Program-made: the position numbers and the translations under genes
The notes under the pieces: generated by a model
Database searches by the model: none
Told to the model about the DNA's origin: nothing
What the model saw: the letters and a program-made list of their open reading frames with translations, nothing else
In this document: in pieces, positions 28,795 through 43,261 of the stretch
How positions within the stretch are numbered: the first letter of the stretch is position 1
Layout: each line of letters opens with the position of its first letter
NCBI GenBank assembly: GCA_951406725.2
Contig: OX597825.1
Location: forward strand, 50,282,001 to 50,346,000
Source: Octopus vulgaris
Taxonomy: Eukaryota
Direction: 5' to 3'
DNA: 64,000 nucleotides

Positions 28795-29508
28795 TTCTGC
28801 CATGGACAGGAAGTTGTAACAATGAGCCAATGTGAAATTTTGCAGTAAATTTGGGAAGTCTACTACAGAGGCATTGAGCATGGTTCAGCAAGCTTATGGC
28901 GATGAGGGAATGGGTCGTATGCAATGTTTTGAGTGGCATGGGTGCTTCAGAAGTGGAAGAATGTGCCTGGAAGATAATGAGTGATCTGGAAGGCCTGCCA
29001 TGAGCATCACTTCCGGAAATGTGGAGAAAATTCATCAGCTTGTACATGATAACTGTCAGAGGATAATCAATGGTGTTTTGGAACATTTGAGGGAGGACAT
29101 TCAGTGAAAGTGACTGGATCTGTTGGAGCATGAAGAATTGGATTCTTCACAATGATAATGCACCCTGTCACCTCATTAGTTTCTTACCAGAAACAACATG
29201 GTATCACTTCTGCAACAGTCCTATTCACCAGATTTAGCACCTGTGTACTTCCATCTGTTCTCCAAAATGAAAATCAAACTCAAAGGTCACTGTTTTAACA
29301 CCGTTGTTGAGATCATGAGTGAATTACAGGAGGTCTTTGTCTTATGGAAAAATGACTTCTAAACCAGATTTAAAAAGTGGCAGGAATGCTGGGACCAGTG
29401 CATTGCTGCACAAGGTGGCTATTTCAAAGGGGATGATGCTAAAATTTAGGTAAATAAGTTTTTTTGCATTAAACATAACTAGTCTACAAACTTTTTGATA
29501 CTAGCTCA
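28795..29508 (+). mobile_element. Internally deleted mariner transposon
   Basis: ANVKFCSKFGKSTTEALSMVQQAYGDE, WILHNDNAPCH and SYSPDLAPVYFHLFSKMK; right TIR ending ...GCTCA-TA. Confidence 0.85.
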
Positions 29509-29654
29509 TAACTGATAGTATAGGAGACATTTCATGCTGGATACTGTATAAAACTTATATTTTTTCATGCATGCAGTTTTCTAATTTCTTCTTTAGTTTG
29601 TCGCTTTTCTTGATGAAAGGTTTCACACTAAGATTATTCTATGTATATTGTCTT

Positions 29655-29659
29655 TGTTA

Positions 29660-29714
<55 letters not shown>

Positions 29715-29715
29715 C
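29655..29715. repeat. (ATT)n microsatellite just downstream of the exon 5 donor
   Basis: Direct inspection; explains the poly-N tail of ORF 29623..29979. Confidence 0.95.
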
Positions 29716-29759
29716 ATCACTGAACATGCAAATTGAAGAAAAAAGGTGAAAATACAAAC

Positions 29760-29997
29760 CCTCTTTGTTGTTTGTGACCTCTGAAATGCCATTCTGTAGA
29801 GCTGCAGCATCATTACCATTCTGGAGACTGACATCATCATTGCTGTTCTGAAGAGTAATATCATTCACTGCTACACGAGGGACATCACTTGCAGTACGCA
29901 TGTGTTTGAAAAAATTTTTCCTAAAACGTCCTTCAATGTTTTCACCATGCTTTGTTTTGGAATTTTCTTTGATATTCAAAAAAGTGTCTTTTTTCCC
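29760..29997 (-). CDS. C2-IPT protein, coding exon 5 (GKKDTFLNIKENSK...KHMRTASDVP...NNKE)
   Basis: Acceptor TTAATTTTTAG and donor GAGG|GTTTGT, phase 0-1. Open for 238 nt and frame-compatible with both neighbours. Confidence 0.75.
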
Positions 29998-31039
29998 CTA
30001 AAAATTAACAAAAACAATAAGACAACAAAAGTAAATTGTAATAATGGCATAAAAGACAACAGGAATATTAACAAAATCAACAGTCACCATTAGGAAAACA
30101 ATCCAGTAAAAAATATCATAGAATTAATGTTTAATGAATTAAATGATAAAATTATTTCTTTGGTAATGACAAAATTATTATAATTCATGGGGTGTTCAGC
30201 GAACAGCAAGAATCTAAACAGAAACATATCTATCCATTCTTAATACATTTTGGCAGATTTGAAAGTGATTATCTGATCACTCTTGTTTTCTGTCAAAGGA
30301 GAACACTTTAGACAATGTATGTTCATAACTCATGAGATTCCCCACTGCAAAGGGACTTTGAAACACTATGATATTTCAGCCTTATTGTGTGTGTCTCCTC
30401 ACTCAAAGTTACCCTGTCAGACTGATGAAAAGCACGAGCTCACATTTATGGAAATCAGCAAGCAAATTATTTACTGATGTGTGCAGAAAAATTGGTCCTT
30501 TTGTAAAATCAGGTTTTCTGGTGAAATATTTCATTTTTTATTTCTTACAGAATCCTTGATGAGTGGCAGAAATGGCAAAGCACCAGATAAAATGCTATGT
30601 GGTATTAGATTACATCACTTTTATTTTGTGAGTTCAAGTCACATTATAGTCCACTTTTCCTTTTATTACTCTGAGAATAAAGAACCAGCTCAATATTGGC
30701 GAAGTTTAATTGACAATGCTTTATTCTACAAAACACTAGTGTTTTCTATGTTATTTTCATGTTAGAAAGAGTTATGTATCAGTCATTAGTGGATGTAGAA
30801 TTAATAGAGCTGAACATTCATGGGTGACAGAATAAATAGTCTCAGTCTAAATGCATGGCTGTATTTAGTTATGAAACATTATATTTTGAGTTTACTTACT
30901 GTGGAAATTGACAAAATCAGTATCAATGAGTGTTTGGCTGAATTAAACTATACTGCTGTTCCCCATCATTAGTTTGTGTCAATTTTAGAAATCAATATTA
31001 TTGGGTATTATTGTAAACAGCGATCTGCATTGGATCAAC

Positions 31040-31625
31040 CACATCTCTAAGATCTGGGTATTATTGTAAACATTGATCTGTGTTGGATAAACAACATTTC
31101 CAAGATTGCCAAGAAGGCTGAGGGTGTCCCTGCATCACTCAGTAAGATCTTTGTCAGCTGTTCTCCAGCTGTCTATTTAAAACAGTATATGACAATAGTA
31201 CATCCACACTAAGAATTTGTATCACCAGTTTGGAACCCCTATCTTGCTCAGCATATAAATCTCCTGTAAACTCAGAAACTTGCAACAAATTGAATACCCA
31301 CCATCAGGCATCAACCATACTCTGGACATCTTACTTTCCTGGGCATGAAGACATTGAAGCTCAGACGTCTGACAACTGACTTCATAGACACCCATAAGAT
31401 TATTCACCATCTTTCCAACAACAACTTTGGGCACCTTCTTGAATTCCATATGAGAAACACTCATGAACATGCTTACAAAATCAAAAAGCAACACAGTACC
31501 CATGACTTTCAGAAACATATTTGCACACTCAGAATTGTTGAAGCATGGAATAAACTACCAACAGTCATTAGCTGTCGAGACACTACATCCTTCAAAACAT
31601 CCATGCTTCCTGAAATCTACTAACA
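31040..31625 (+). mobile_element. CR1/L2-group LINE 3' relic
   Basis: DLGIIV, KIAKKAEGV, SPVWNPYL, TLKLRRLTTDFIDTHKII and RIVEAWNKLP motifs with frameshifts. Confidence 0.8.
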
Positions 31626-31949
31626 GTACATCTGATGGCTTTATTTTACTTTTTTTTTTTTGTCTTTCTTAGTTGTGGTGCACTGTATACAACAATTTCA
31701 TATTTCAATACTTTTGCAAAGTTTAAGAATATCTGATACAGAAACACAGCACCACACTAAAACCTTACAGCGTAAACAGTAACAGAGCACCAAACTAGAT
31801 AACTTACAATCTAAACAGCCATACCCAAAGTGTCCTCAAAAAGACAAGTACATACCTTATAATCTCTAGTTGTCTTTCATCTCTTTCACATGTCACAAAG
31901 GTTGGCTAGCTTTTACAGTATAGAGACTAGTGAGACACCGAGGCACTAT

Positions 31950-32404
31950 TTAACCCATTATCATTTAAACTGATCATATCCAGTCCAAATATTGTACCTA
32001 TTTTGTGTTCAAACCAGCCAAATCCAACTTCCCACACCTACCCAACAATATCATTTGAAAAATACAATCACATCATCGAAATCTCAAAGCTACAAGATAA
32101 TGCTCATTAATTCTAAACAATGTGAATAAATAAGCATTACATTTGAAAGAGTAATTGGAATGCTGGAGAGTTAGCCCATTAGTATCTAAACCAACAATAT
32201 CTGACCAAATATGTATTATGCTACCTGTATTATGCTCAAACTGACCAGATCCAGCCTCTCACACTTACACTTCAATGTCATTCTAAAAATAAAGAATCAT
32301 ATCATCAAAATCTCAAAGCTATGAGATAATGCGTGATTAATTCAAAACAATGTGAATAAATAAGTATTACATTTCATAGGCTAATTTGAATTCTAAAGAG
32401 TTAA
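31950..32404. mobile_element. Two tandem ~225-bp TTAA-flanked MITEs (piggyBac-like ends)
   Basis: TTAA-CCCATTA...GAG-TTAG-CCCATTAG...CTAAAGAG-TTAA; the two units are colinear homologues sharing the middle site. Confidence 0.8.
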
Positions 32405-34809
32405 AAATAACCTCTATTATGTATTTTTAATTCTTCTTAGCTCTCTGTAATTACAGATGACAACACCCTCCCACCTTATGCTGTAATCCCTGAATGAGAT
32501 AGCATATGTGCAAGTAAACCAAATCTGGAACTTTATCTTTTTGCATATGTGATGCACACATTGTAGCTGTGGAACATGATGCTTGCTGCTGGATTTTGGC
32601 AGGATGAACCAGTTTTTGGTGTGTGCTTCATAGCCTCTCTCTTCCAATTCACCCACTGTATTATCCTCTACAGGTCTTCGTCAAAAGCTGGCTATTAAAT
32701 TTAGCCAATCCCGTGTTCTAGTCTACCTAGTGACACAGTGGTGCATCTTTATCTCCTATTTAGTTTATTCCTGTCTGAGAAACCAACAACAAACCACTGG
32801 ATCAAGGATCAGCTTAAATAAATTATACTATGTACATTTTATATATATATTATATAATATATAACGTTAAAATCCAAGGATCGAGATGTAGGGAGTTAGT
32901 AAGCTTCAAGCAAGATATAAAAAAACAACTTTCAGGAACAATAGTGGTTTATTGACATAGAAGGTTGTAAATTTTTCCCATATTGAAGTTCAATAACCTG
33001 AAAAAAGTTATTTTATGGCTTACAGTTAGCAGCTGGGGCTGTTGTGTATGTGAATAATATATATATAAACACGCACACACTTACTCTACTATATTTAACA
33101 ATATATACGCTCCTATATATTTAATGATAGGCAGAGGCAGAGTTGTGTGGTTAAAAAGACTGGTTGCCAACAACATTGTTCTAGGTTCAGTCCTTCTGCA
33201 CAGTAACACCAACAAGTGTCTTCTACTATTGACTAGGGCTGACCAAAACCATGTGAGTGAGTTTTATGGACAGAAGTTGAAAACAAAGCTGTGTGTGTAT
33301 GTATGTGTGTGTGAGAGAGAGAGAGTGTGTGTGTTTATATAATGATAAAATCGATTCCAAAGTAATCCTTCAACTCACCAAACAGAACAATAATACATAA
33401 ATGGAAAGAAAGAAAGAAAGAAAGAAAGAAAAAGAGAAAGAAGGTAAGATAATATACCCCCTCCCATTAGTCGTTACCACCATCATATCCATCCAATATA
33501 AACACTTTGGTATTATTATCTCAGCCATTTTATATAGCAATAAACCATTTGATGTGTTTTAAAATCATTAGTGCTTATATTATATTTCAAAATATATCTG
33601 TCACATTAATTTTATCCATCATCATCAACACCACCACCACCACCATTATCATTATTCAGTTGTCTGATTTTTGCTTTCGCTGCATTATCATGTGCATCTT
33701 TGTGCACCTATCTTGGCTATGTGCAGTGTGTTGCTTTGATTTTAAAAAAATGTTTATAGCATTGAAAATATTGTGTAATATGTGTGCTGTGATGTCTTGT
33801 AGTGCTATCTCCTATACATTGTGTGTATATAAGACCAACTATACATGATGTAAGACATATATATATGGTGTTTAATAGTGCTATTTCCTATATGCCGTGT
33901 GTGAATGTCTAAGACCTGTAGTACAGTGCATGATGTATGTGGCATTACCTCCTGTACACTGTGGGTACCTGTCCAAGTCCTGTGATATTCTGTATGATAT
34001 ACACGTGTACAGTACCTTGTGGTATTATTTCTTGTTATGTTGTGTGTTTCTAATGTAAGGTTTTAGGCTTGGTTATATATTTGCTTGTATTTTTTTTAAT
34101 CATTCCCAAGGAACAATTTATTACAGAATTTATTTGGTCTTCACTCCCCACATTCTAGCTATGTCCAAGGGGCATGCAGAATCATTATTGCAGTGGATAA
34201 AATGCCTTGTGGTATTTAGTTATAGACTTTTAATTTATAAGATAAAATTACATTGAAAGTAACTGCCTTTCAAAATTAAAAATTAGAAATGCATGCAAGG
34301 GTAATAACTCTAACAAGAAAAGATGATCAAAGCTTTAGAATACAGAAAATGTAAAATGAGAGCAGGTGGTGTGGTTTTAAAACAAACTGGTGACAGCAAC
34401 AGACACGTTTCCATAGTCATTGATAAGTGAACTCTTGAGACAAAGAGGACTTACTTTTCAATGATCTTTCATGTGACTCCAAAACAGATTGGCAAGAACA
34501 CAACACCTGGTAGAGAAACACTCTGCATGCCACAAAAAGATGATACATAGGTAGGTATGTTTACTATAAATTTCAAGGGAACAGTAACCTGATCACATTT
34601 CAATGATCATGCTTTAGTAATCTGTTTCCCCAAAAATGGTCAAAAATGTCAAATGTGTCACATTTATGTGAAAGATATCACACATATGATTAGCTTCCCT
34701 CCATTGTGACACAATGTAGGCATTAAAAACAACATATGATATTACCTGAAGGAAAAACTGTCCTGTAATCAATATAGACAATGCCCCTGTTATTGAATAT
34801 ATATATACA

Positions 34810-35170
34810 CATTAACGCAGGGAAATATCAATAGAGCGCTCCAATGAAAAGTTCAGCCTAATGTTGTTATTTATGACAGAAAAGGAAAATCGTGTATAGT
34901 CATTGAGGTCAGCTGTCCTGCTGATGTGAACATCTCTGCTAAAATCTGTGAGAAGGGGAATATGCACAACTACTTCAAAACCTGCAGCTGCTCTACCATT
35001 ATCATTAACATTTATACTAATAATCATTGATGATAATAAATGTCTAAGTGACAATCTGGAAGAGTTATGATTATCAGGGAAAGAAAGCGATTAGCTAGCA
35101 CGCACTTTACAAACAGAAGCTGTGAGTGGAACAGTAGGTATGCAAGACTTTGCTAAATTTGAACATGTAA
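34810..35170 (+). mobile_element. Restriction-like endonuclease relic of an R4/Dong- or NeSL-type non-LTR element
   Basis: QPNVVIYDRK / KSCIVIEVSCPADVNISAKICEK / QLLQNLQLLY across frameshifts resemble the PD..(D/E) RLE region. Confidence 0.6.
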
Positions 35171-35884
35171 CATTTAAATTGTAGCAATAAAACTTTGTTT
35201 CTTTGTTAGAAGCCATCGCTTTTCTTCTAGGAGAATTGTATTAGATAAAAAAAATATAAACAGACAGACAGACATAAAAGTATATATATATAATTTTGTT
35301 TTCAGGGTGATATTATTTGTAGTGATTAATTGCTTGTGTATTGTACTTTCTTTTGTCAACTCCATTCTAATTACCCATCTACATTCACTCTGCACCTGTA
35401 AATACTTGGGACTGCATCATAATCAAAACCCTTTGAGACACTGCTTACAGCATGGTCACACTCAGATGACACAAGCCAGTAAAAGAATCAAAGAATATAT
35501 GGACAATTAAATAAAGCAGGAATATAGAAATATATGTCAGGTAGTAAAATATCTGGAAGTGTCATGGCAAGCGATTGGTATAAAATTTGTTGTCATTTCA
35601 TATAAATGCCAGAAAATATATATATTTTATCACAGTGTAAATGTAGGAGAGAAGTGAGTAAATATTTTCATAAGGTTTTACAAAATGTTTAACACCAAAT
35701 CATTGAATTTTGGTCATAAGAGACTATATGCAATAAAGTAACACATATGTAAGTTCACATATATGTATGTACACAGATATACACTCATACATACATGTGT
35801 GTATATATTTAAATATTAATATAAACCTCTCTGTGTGTTATTTGTGCACATGAATACCTGTATATATATGAATGGATAATATAA

Positions 35885-35919
<35 letters not shown>

Positions 35920-35961
35920 TGCATTAATATGTATGCCTACATACAATTGATATATATATGA

Positions 35962-36058
<97 letters not shown>

Positions 36059-36901
36059 CCTTTTTTATGCAAGAAACTGATTTTGTATTCCTCTGCTATC
36101 CATTGTGCATATAAACACAAAACTTTTGGCAAAGCCATCATATCTAATTATAAAGCCAAAATTGAATGCTGCCAATGCAAATATATAGAAATAAGCTTTA
36201 CACTACCTTAACCATTCCCATTTCTGTTTTTAAAGTTATAAACCTGTGCAGTTTTTCTCTTGTGTGCTTTATAGTTTATCACATAGATAAAGATATTTTT
36301 CCTAACCTCACCATTATTCATTGGTAACAAAAGGTGAAGTTCCATCTAACTCCTTATTTTCCATTCAATCAATTACTTTCCAAGATCAATTCCTGCTCAG
36401 ACTTCATGCATTTCCTCCATCCCACAGTCTATCAATTTTTCTGGAAGTCACTCCTTATGTGTTGTTTCTTAGAAACCAAAACTAGATGTGACAGTTGCTG
36501 ATGGTGAGAACAATATGAATCTGTAACAATTATTTAATACTTACTTACTGTGACTGCCCAAAACCCGTATCACATTTATATTGGAAAGTATATTCATTGG
36601 TAATGTGCAAAACTATGATGCAGCTCACCCTCACCACATCTCTTCCATCCTATCTTCATTTCCCAAGCCTTCCACATTTCTAATCTATCTTCTTTCCCAC
36701 TTACTACCTTTTGTCTATGTATGCAGACTAACATTGCTTTGCATTTCCCATCAATGGCAGCCAGTAACTCAAATATACAGTATGTAAAACTCTGCTGTCT
36801 TCTATTTTTTTTAAATGCTGATAACTCCACTCCCTATAACAATTTTACATTGCTCTTTCAATTGCATTACACACACACACACATACACATGAATGTGCAT
36901 G

Positions 36902-36937
<36 letters not shown>

Positions 36938-37244
36938 TAAAAGGAATTCCAACCTTGTTTGATTTTCACGTTTTATTTACAATCTTATAATGATATAAGA
37001 TAATATAATATAATATAATATAATAAAACAAAATAAAATAATAGAATGTTAAATGTTCATTCTGATTGAACTAGTACTTTCATGCATTAAATTCTGCAAT
37101 CTTCAGGTTCATGTAGTAGTGGTGACAGTCATGCTTCACAATTTTTGACTGTAGCAAGATGATTGAATCTGTGCTTTAAATACAGCTGTGTAGGCTCCAG
37201 ATGCTAGGTTTTGCAAACTGTATTCTGACCAATCAGTGTGTAGT

Positions 37245-37357
37245 ATATATATATATACGAATGCATATATATACGAATGCATATATATACGAATGTATAT
37301 ATATACGAATGTATATATACACGAATGCATATATATATACGAATGTATATATATATA
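37245..37357. repeat. Minisatellite of ATATATACGAATG(C/T)-type units
   Basis: Direct inspection; retains CpG in every unit. Confidence 0.9.
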
Positions 37358-37887
37358 GTTGTAATAATGAAGTTAAACCAAATATTTAGAAATCATTTAA
37401 AACATACATTTCAAGTTTGCATAACATATAATAAGAAGTGCATCCATTACATTACACAAACTTCCACACAACATTTCAAAATATTTTTGGAATGCTTTCG
37501 TGAGGAACGTTTACATAAGGGATATGTCTCCTATTGAACATTACTCAAACCTGACATTTCAAAATATCACTATTTAGTTGACTTCATTATTACAACTAAT
37601 ACGATCCGATGCCAGTACAGACTAGCCAACTTTGACTTCGCTTAAACAGATACTCTAACAATGGTTTGGAGCAGTTTGTTATATCTCACCCAAGTCAAAA
37701 ATTCTAGTACTGTATGCTACTTCTTAATGTAACATGATATTATATATATATAAGAGTTTGTTGGAGATACACTTTTTGTAAATGCACCTTACAGTTTCTG
37801 TTTTTGCATGATAAACACAAGATGCAATTTGAGTCATTTATTGCCTATGCATGTCGCAATGCTGGCATATTCTGTATATAAATAATA

Positions 37888-37919
<32 letters not shown>

Positions 37920-38140
37920 CTTTATTAAAAGCAGCAAAAATATCACAAAAACTGTTACTCAGAATCTCACATTCCTACACACAGATATGTCTCCAACAAT
38001 AATAACACTTTGCTAGGGTGGGCCATGGTGCCTCATATATTACTAAAAGACTTCAACAAGTGGTGCTATTAAGTTAGACATGGCCTGGGCATATACTGGC
38101 TGAAAACTATCAGTTATCAAAGTTATATATAACTAGATAG

Positions 38141-38197
<57 letters not shown>

Positions 38198-38249
38198 TAT
38201 ATACATATAAATATATATAACTATATACATATAAATATATATGATGCAA

Positions 38250-38935
38250 CATTCCATGTGCATATTGTCAAGATGGCAACATTGTGCAGGCGAGTGGCTG
38301 GCTGGATTCTGAGGACATTCAGAACCAGGAAAAGGGATGCCCTGCAACCCCTATGGAAGACTTTTGTTCTCAGTCGCCCGGACTACTGCTCCCAACTATG
38401 GTTCCCAGAGAATGTGAAACAAACTGTGGAACTCGAAGCAATCCAGTGCCAATACACAAAGATGATTGACTCCATGCAAAAGATGGTCTACTGGGGGAGG
38501 CTAAAGGAGCTGAGTCTCTATTCCCTGGAGAGAAAACGAGAGAGATATGCAATGATATATATTTGGAAGATCTTGGAGGGTTAGCTCCCAATTATGGAAT
38601 TGACAGCTATACCAATCTTCAAACTCGATGGCACTGCATCATACCAAAGATCTCATCTTACCCATCTAAAATAAGGACACAGTAATGCAATAGTCTTGGT
38701 TACAAAGGCTCGCAATTGTTCAACATCCTTCCAGGCAACCTTAGAGATCTACATGGAGTTGATGTGCAAGTTTCCAAAGAATGTTTGTACAGGTTTCTTT
38801 CTGAGATACCAGATGAATCCACATCGCAGCAGGAGATGCAAAGAAGGAAGAAGGGCAGCTCTGTCCAATTCACTACTTCACCAAAAAGAAAATTGGAAAC
38901 AACAGCAAGTACAGGTGGTGCACCAGCATGACTTC
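38250..38935 (+). mobile_element. CR1-group LINE 3' relic
   Basis: GWILRTFRTR...DYCSQLW...LSLYSLERKRERY..IYIWKILEG, then FNILPGNLRDL. Confidence 0.85.
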
Positions 38936-38976
38936 AGCCCCGGGCAGAAACCAATAAAAGATATATAAATATATAA

Positions 38977-39031
<55 letters not shown>

Positions 39032-39584
39032 TATATAGGTATGCTGATTCAAACAGGAATATAGAACTCAAAATATGAGTATATGTATATATCTATTATT
39101 ATTTAGCAGTAGCAACAGAATGCCTCAAGGGCCAAGAGTTTTGTATGTTAGCACAATTCATGAAGCTCTCAGCTTGAGTCACTTTGCTGCTTCTGCAAAA
39201 TAGTAATAAATATATGAAGATGGGTGTGGGTGTGTGGGTGGGTGTTTGTTTATGTATGTATGTATGTATGTATGTATGTATGTATGTATTTGTACATGTC
39301 AGTAAATTTACTTTTCTCTTCTAATATGAGGACAACAGTTATTAGTAGGTTATGAATGACAGATTCAGTGTCTGTAGCTGATGAAGTATAATAACACAGA
39401 AACACATCCTTTTGTTGGATAAAAACCTTCACAACCTAGCTCAGTGTGTTTTCACACAATGTCTAAAAGAACTTCTCTTCTAAATCAATTACTGCAGCAA
39501 ATATCTTTCCACATTTGAGTGCACATGACTGTATTCAATATAAATGTACACAGCTTTGTTATAATCAACACTGCTTTGTAATTG

Positions 39585-39682
39585 ACTATGTCATAGAGAT
39601 ACATAACTATGTCACATAAATATATAACTATGTTGTATAAATATAGACTAATGTTATAACAGGATATAACTATGTCATATAA
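39585..39682. repeat. ~21-bp minisatellite (ATAACTATGTCATATAAATAT-like)
   Basis: About five diverged units; related units at 38190-38240. Confidence 0.7.
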
Positions 39683-40477
39683 GTTCTTGACAATACTTTC
39701 AAATACTGAACTGTTTTCTTTAGCACACTGTAGAATATACAAAGTTATTTTATCTTAAAAATGTTACATACATTCCAGAAGGTATACAATGACAAATATG
39801 TTATTAATGGGTCCACTATAGCTATAACAATGTGAAGAGGAGACTGCTACTGCTTCTATACAATGACAGGCTAGAGGTTTGTGTGAAAAGGGGACAATTA
39901 CTTAAAGCAATTACATAACAATAGTTGTGAAGAATTGACGAAAGCATCTCAGAAGAAATGATTCACAACTCCTACTTGATCATTTTAAGTCAAATGCTCA
40001 AATTCCCAGCATGTGATATGCTACTGTTTGAATAGATGTCAGATATTGAACATAGAAGTTCTGGGAAGTTACTCAAAGTTACTCTCAAAAGATTGGTATC
40101 ATTTCCATAGATTGGCATTCATTTATGTTATAGTCAGTGGAGTCTACTTACTGTTATAGTGAGTGGAGTTAAGTAGCTGCTCCATGGACCAATGGTCCTA
40201 TAAAATTTATATTCAATTCAATTTGTAAATAAAGACAAGTTAGTACATTCATGGTTGCTGGAAGCAGAGGTAAGGTAACATCAAAAGTTTGAGATCACTG
40301 GCAGGCAAGATCAGTGTTAGCTGAAGTTAATCCATAATTGTAGATTACACAATGAATGATAGTGAGTTGATTGATTAAGAGAAAGGAGAGAAAATACTGA
40401 GACTAATACCACATTAGTAAAAGATTGTTGTCTATGGGACAGATATACAATGGTAAATATAAGATTGTTCTACTTAC

Positions 40478-41609
40478 TTTGCCATGATTTTCTCCAAGAT
40501 CTTTGGAATTTTTCCTTGGGTTATTTTGAGCAGGAAACTTTCTCCGATCAAGTGAAGAAAATTTATTAACAGAAGCAGGATCAGGTGGGATTAATTTTTT
40601 ATTAAAGCCTAGAGTTTGCAGTTGAGTATCAGATGATTTGTGAGATTCAATTGATGCTGTGGGGGAATTTGGCATTGATGGGTTTTCAAAAGGGTTAAGA
40701 GAATCATTCTGACCATGTCGTGTTTTAGGAGAATTTGGTGCAGAAATTGTTATTTGAGTTGGTGGTGTGACTAAGGCTAAAGTACTATGAGAGAGAGATT
40801 TGTTTAAATTTGAAGATGGTCTGGATTCTGGAGGTTTCGGTGCAGGATTTTTATTCCGAGCAGCAACTAAAGTGAAGCCTCCAGTCAAAACAGTTTTACC
40901 ACCTAATGAAGTCTCAATGATAACATCACCATGGCCAGTAGGACCTGGCAATGTTTCACAGTATATCTGACCTGAAGATTCATATTCTAATGTAGAAAGA
41001 ACATCAACATCGCAAATACGCAAGGTAACAATATCAGATTTCTTTAAACCAAGGTTTTCACCTACAATAGTAATACGTGTGCCACCAGCAGCTGAACCAG
41101 TATTTGGAGTTATGTAGGATATTTCTGGTTCAACCCCAGCACAACTTAAATTAAAAGTACTTCGAGTTTTTAATTTTGATGGTGCACCCTCTGATTCTTC
41201 ATCATCTGAGATGTCAGTCTTTGATAAACTAAAAATATCATGAAAAGATCGAGAGATTCTTTTATTTAGATTTGAAAGGGGACTAGTTGACTTGTGTTCT
41301 TTCTTAAAGAAATTACCAGAAAAACCAGGTGATCGTTTAAAAGTCAAAAAGGGATTAGTTGTAAGCCAACTATTTCTTCTTGACTTAGATTTATCATCAA
41401 CTTCTCCAGATTCTCGATATTTAGAAACATAACACTGGTATATTAAACTTCCTTTTGGTTTGGAATTCTTCTTGTGAGGCTGCAAGGCTGTACAAATAAC
41501 TCTTCCCTTGGCCCCACGAAGAGAGGCTATAGGAACCAATATTTGACCCAAAATATCATCCTTTTCTGTGACATTGAAGAATAAAGTATCCGAGGAATTA
41601 TTGATGGAA
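40478..41609 (-). CDS. C2-IPT protein, coding exon 4 (rest of C2, Ser/Lys-rich linker, IPT/TIG domain, Pro/Ser-rich region)
   Basis: Lies within ORF 40403..41677. Acceptor TTTCTCTTTCAG at 41610 and donor AAA|GTAAGT at 40477, phase 2-0. IPT signature PEISYITPNTGSAAGGTRITIVGENLG...GDVIIETSLGG. Confidence 0.93.
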
Positions 41610-41978
41610 CTGAAAGAGAAATTTGGAAACTGAGTTAACCAGTTACAATGCTTCAACCAATCAACCAACCACATCAATCCAACCAGTCAATCAATCAAAT
41701 CAGTCCAACTAATCACATGAGTTCAACCAATCAACCAATCACATCAGTTAAAACTAAATGAGAACTAAAGTCACTTATACAGAGAACTTGTTTCAGTATC
41801 TTCTTTGTGCTTAAAAAAATATAGCAATGTCGAAGTTTAGCTCTAAAAATATGTGGTTACATATGACCTGGGATGCCATTATTTAGTTTTGGTTTTATAG
41901 AGTATAAGTCTTGCTTATGTAATATGATGGGCTGAAACTATCCACGCAATTGGTGGACAAAATGTCCTTCTATAGGCA

Positions 41979-42606
41979 TTAATCCTTTCGTTTCTATATT
42001 CCTAAGCAAAATACACCCCTTAATGTGTTTCAATTAAATTTTTAAATAATCATGAATTTACACTGGTTTCATGAAACAACTCTTCCCAAATCACATTAAT
42101 GTGTTGATACACATTAATGTGATTTGGAAACATGATTTAAAAAAAGGTTCTTAACCAAATCTGTTTCATAATTTTTGTCTCAACGCAAATCTAATTTTGT
42201 CTCAAAGCAAATACAGATAAATTCAAAAAAATATAATATTTAAAAAATTTTATTTAAACATCAGTGTAGACAATGAGTTATTCATTGAGTATACAGCAAA
42301 AATTTAATAGAGAAGAATTGCTCAAATTACTGGATTATCTATCAGCTGAATTTAATGCACTTAGATAGGTGTACCATAAAGGTAAAACATGAACGAAATA
42401 CTAGAATTTGCTTTTGAAGTAAACCAGGAAATGAAATACATGCCATCAACTAAATTAAATAAACTTACATGTATATAAATACACAGAAACACATAATAAT
42501 GATTCACAATCCAAATTAATGAAACTTTGTCCTGCATCTTACAGGTAAATAAAAACAAGGTAATTTTAAAATGTTTAGAAATAAAATTTATATATGTATG
42601 TGTGTG

Positions 42607-42648
<42 letters not shown>

Positions 42649-43261
42649 ATTCCTGAAAACTTTCTTCCATGTGAGAAATCTCAGTTTACATTCTGTGTAA
42701 TGACTCATTCTGCAATAATCCCTTCAAAGGAAAAAAAAAAATTAATAATCTAATGGCTTTGTTTCCTTAGAAAGACTGCAGCTAGGTCTACTATCTTCCT
42801 AAAAATAGCTCAGAATAATAGTTTTTAAATTCTTGCCATATTCAAGACCACATTTATTTTTTATCACTATTAGAACTGTTGTCAGAATCATTTCACTTTC
42901 AGAAAAAGAAAGATCCAATTCATAAAAATACACTGATTTTTATGTTTGCCGTATTTTTTCCAAGATTTTTCTGTCTCCATTTGAAAATACCTTAAATTCA
43001 AACTCACTGCTTGACAACATGAAACTGGTATCCATTTTCCATCAGAAAATCGAAGTGGCAAAAAAATGGTAAAAATAATATCCAAAATTTCACAGCACTC
43101 AATATCATATACAATAATTTCGGACAGTGTAACTCAAATATTTATATAATGAAATCATGTGTTTTCACAAATGTAGTAACAAAATTTACATTGAAATTCT
43201 CATTAAAATAGGAATAGGTCATTTCAAGCAGTTAAGAACAGTTTTGTAACAAAAGGATTAA
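41979..43261. mobile_element. TTAA-flanked non-autonomous DNA element (piggyBac-like ends) in intron 3
   Basis: TTAATCCTTTCGTTTC ... GTAACAAAAGGATTAA inverted match of 14/16, including TTAA. Confidence 0.65.

Noticed and set aside
32440-32810. Possible RLE-type retroelement RT thumb relic (VGELEER...KNWFILPKS)
   Set aside because: The similarity is too short and decayed to call without a profile search.
41610-41677. N-terminus MMWLVDWL... of the 424-aa ORF as a single-exon gene start
   Set aside because: It derives from intronic CCAATCAA repeats. A strong acceptor at 41610 and upstream exons complete the C2 domain.
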